A stretch of DNA of 63,028 bases, filler included, from Platydemus manokwari (taxonomy: Eukaryota), in the NCBI GenBank assembly GCA_037951405.1. It is 6 parts of 6 records of this genome, joined end to end, with 100 filler letters (N's around TTAATTAATTAA, not from the genome) between each part and the next. Parts side by side here need not be neighbours in the genome. Positions count along the whole stretch, not along the records: positions 54,170 to 63,028 come from JBBMOY011338095.1; 5 more parts are not named here. The stretch is one strand, 5' to 3'. A program made the position numbers and the translations under genes. Below, piece by piece: positions 61,276 through 63,028 of the stretch. Under the pieces are notes generated by a model. That model saw nothing but the letters and a program-made list of their open reading frames with translations. It was not told the DNA's origin and did not search any database. Positions within the stretch are counted from its first letter, which is position 1; each line of letters opens with the position of its first letter.

Positions 61276-61799
61276 AATAAATTATAATGTTATATATGTC
61301 TGCAAGTAATGCAACTTTCGTTTATAAAAGTATATTTTATATCCCAATAATAATTTTCATAGTCATTCCTGACATTATATCTGACTTTATATATAAAGTG
61401 GCTGCATCCATGTATCCAAAGATTGGTATTCATCCCTGCTGAAAAGCCGGTTGAAGTTGGCACTTACGTGGCTTATTAGATTTCTTCATCTTCAAAAAAC
61501 TATAAAAGAAGGGGAGATTTTTATTAAAAAGTTAAAAATAGTAGCCGAAACCACTAATTGCAAATTTTCAAACCTAAATTTGATATTATTTTAAAAAGCT
61601 TTCATAAACAACGTTCTGTACCATATTTTTTGTTTTTTCATTGGTGTCTAGGTGCATATGTATTCACTTTCTTGAAATATTTATCGAATTATGTCAATAT
61701 TGAATTTTCGATATTTTAATATAACATTTTATGATTTGATGAATTTGTATTTTTCTGATTATTAATGTTAAATATCTACCAAAATGATTAATTTGTATT

Positions 61800-62330
61800 G
61801 TAGGATGAGAACGAAAGTCTTCACCGATAGAAAATTTTATTTATTTAACCTATCAAAATAAAATGTAAACCGAAAATTACAAACAAAACATTACTTGTTT
61901 ATATTTCTGAAATGTTGAAAATGAGTCACCTTTAAAGTCATTTACCAGCGTTCTTGGAACCACTTTTCCAAATCGTCGTTATCATCTTCAGCGAAATAAT
62001 ACGTTTTCCAACCAAGTGAGTTTTTCATAGGAGATAACAGGTAATAGTCTGAAGAGACAAGGTCTGGGAATAATTGTGGATGCGCTTTTACCGTAAAACT
62101 GAGCTTATATTGAGTTAAACTTGCTGTATGCGGTGGAGCCTTATCGTGAAAAAAATGGGACTTTTCAAAACTGTTTCCACACAGCCAGCTCGTATCGCAT
62201 CTTGGAGTTTGTCCAACTGAGTGAAGTAAATTTCTGCGTTTGTTTTTTCCTTGAGGAATTATATCACACAGAGGAATTCCTTTCACATTCTAAGAAATAG
62301 TTGCAAGGTGCTTTTATGTTGTCAAACATC
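61800..62330 (-). mobile_element. Mariner transposase catalytic-domain remnant
   Basis: KHLATIS*NVKGIPLCDIIPQGK; FFHDKAPPHTA (HDNAxPH); AHPQLFPDLVSSDYYLLSPMKNSL (HPPYSPDLAPSDY); DLEKWF...RW. Confidence 0.85.
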
Positions 62331-62952
62331 GACGAATTGATATTTTTGGTTGATCACAGGCACTGTACCAATATCAGACGTGATAATATCAATTGGCATT
62401 GTTCCAATAAACCCACACCTCATCCACAATTATTGAATTATAAGATAGAAATTAAACATTTTAATAATGTTTCAATAATACATTTAAACCAAACATTTTT
62501 TCATCAAACATTGAAATTTGTTTGATTTACAGATGATTGATGCTTTGTTTATATTTTCAATTGACATTTTGTCTTTATTGGTTAAATAAATATTGTTTTC
62601 TATCGACCAAGACTTTTTTTCAAATGCTATATCTTGATATAATAATCTAAATATATTTTCAATTTAAAATTTACGGTAAATTGAAAATACTAAAAGTCAT
62701 TAAATGATAAAAAATATTTATGTATTTATATTAATTTTTTCTAATCTAATTAATTTAAATAATCTTACAAAAATTGTCATAATTTTCATTTTTACAACTA
62801 AAACACACCAGATAAATATTTATTTATAGCAAAATATTTTAACACGTTCTGTAAATTTATTAAACATCCATTAGAACACATTAACATAAACAATATCTTT
62901 ATTTACAAATCAAAATAAAATCATGACATGCCACTCAAATTGGTATTTCACA

Positions 62953-62953
62953 G

Positions 62954-63028
<75 letters not shown>
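62953..63028. repeat. (AAT)n microsatellite at window end
   Basis: Seen directly in the sequence. Confidence 0.97.

Overview
Very AT-rich eukaryotic (metazoan) genomic DNA with many 42-70 nt GT-AG introns and (AAT)n microsatellites. This style suggests a triclad flatworm (planarian), but that is inference only. The window is not one contiguous locus. Five identical artificial spacers (44 N + TTAATTAATTAA + 44 N) join six pieces (1-9411, 9512-19512, 19613-33590, 33691-45095, 45196-54069, 54170-63028), and genes are truncated towards these joins. I spliced these genes by hand: the 3' half of an NDR/STK38 (tricornered) kinase with a long C-terminal tail; the 5' part of an uncharacterised multi-pass membrane protein; the first three exons of tomosyn/STXBP5; 19 internal exons of a divergent IP3-receptor-like channel (minus strand); a complete four-exon TCTP/TPT1 gene nested antisense in one IP3R-like intron; the last exon of an SLC25A33/36-type mitochondrial carrier; and a complete two-exon secreted Cys-rich (PAN/apple-like) orphan protein. 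Decayed mobile DNA includes Ty3/Gypsy gag and pol remnants, two mariner remnants, a Tigger/pogo HTH remnant, a hAT-type MITE, and a Polinton/Maverick-like protein-primed DNA polymerase B remnant with an endonuclease-VII-like insert. The most notable observation is the TCTP-inside-IP3R nested locus. The host channel also has an altered IP3 pocket and a 36-bp intronic hairpin. I found no supportable rRNA, tRNA or CRISPR features. No searches were run; all family assignments come from recognising motifs.
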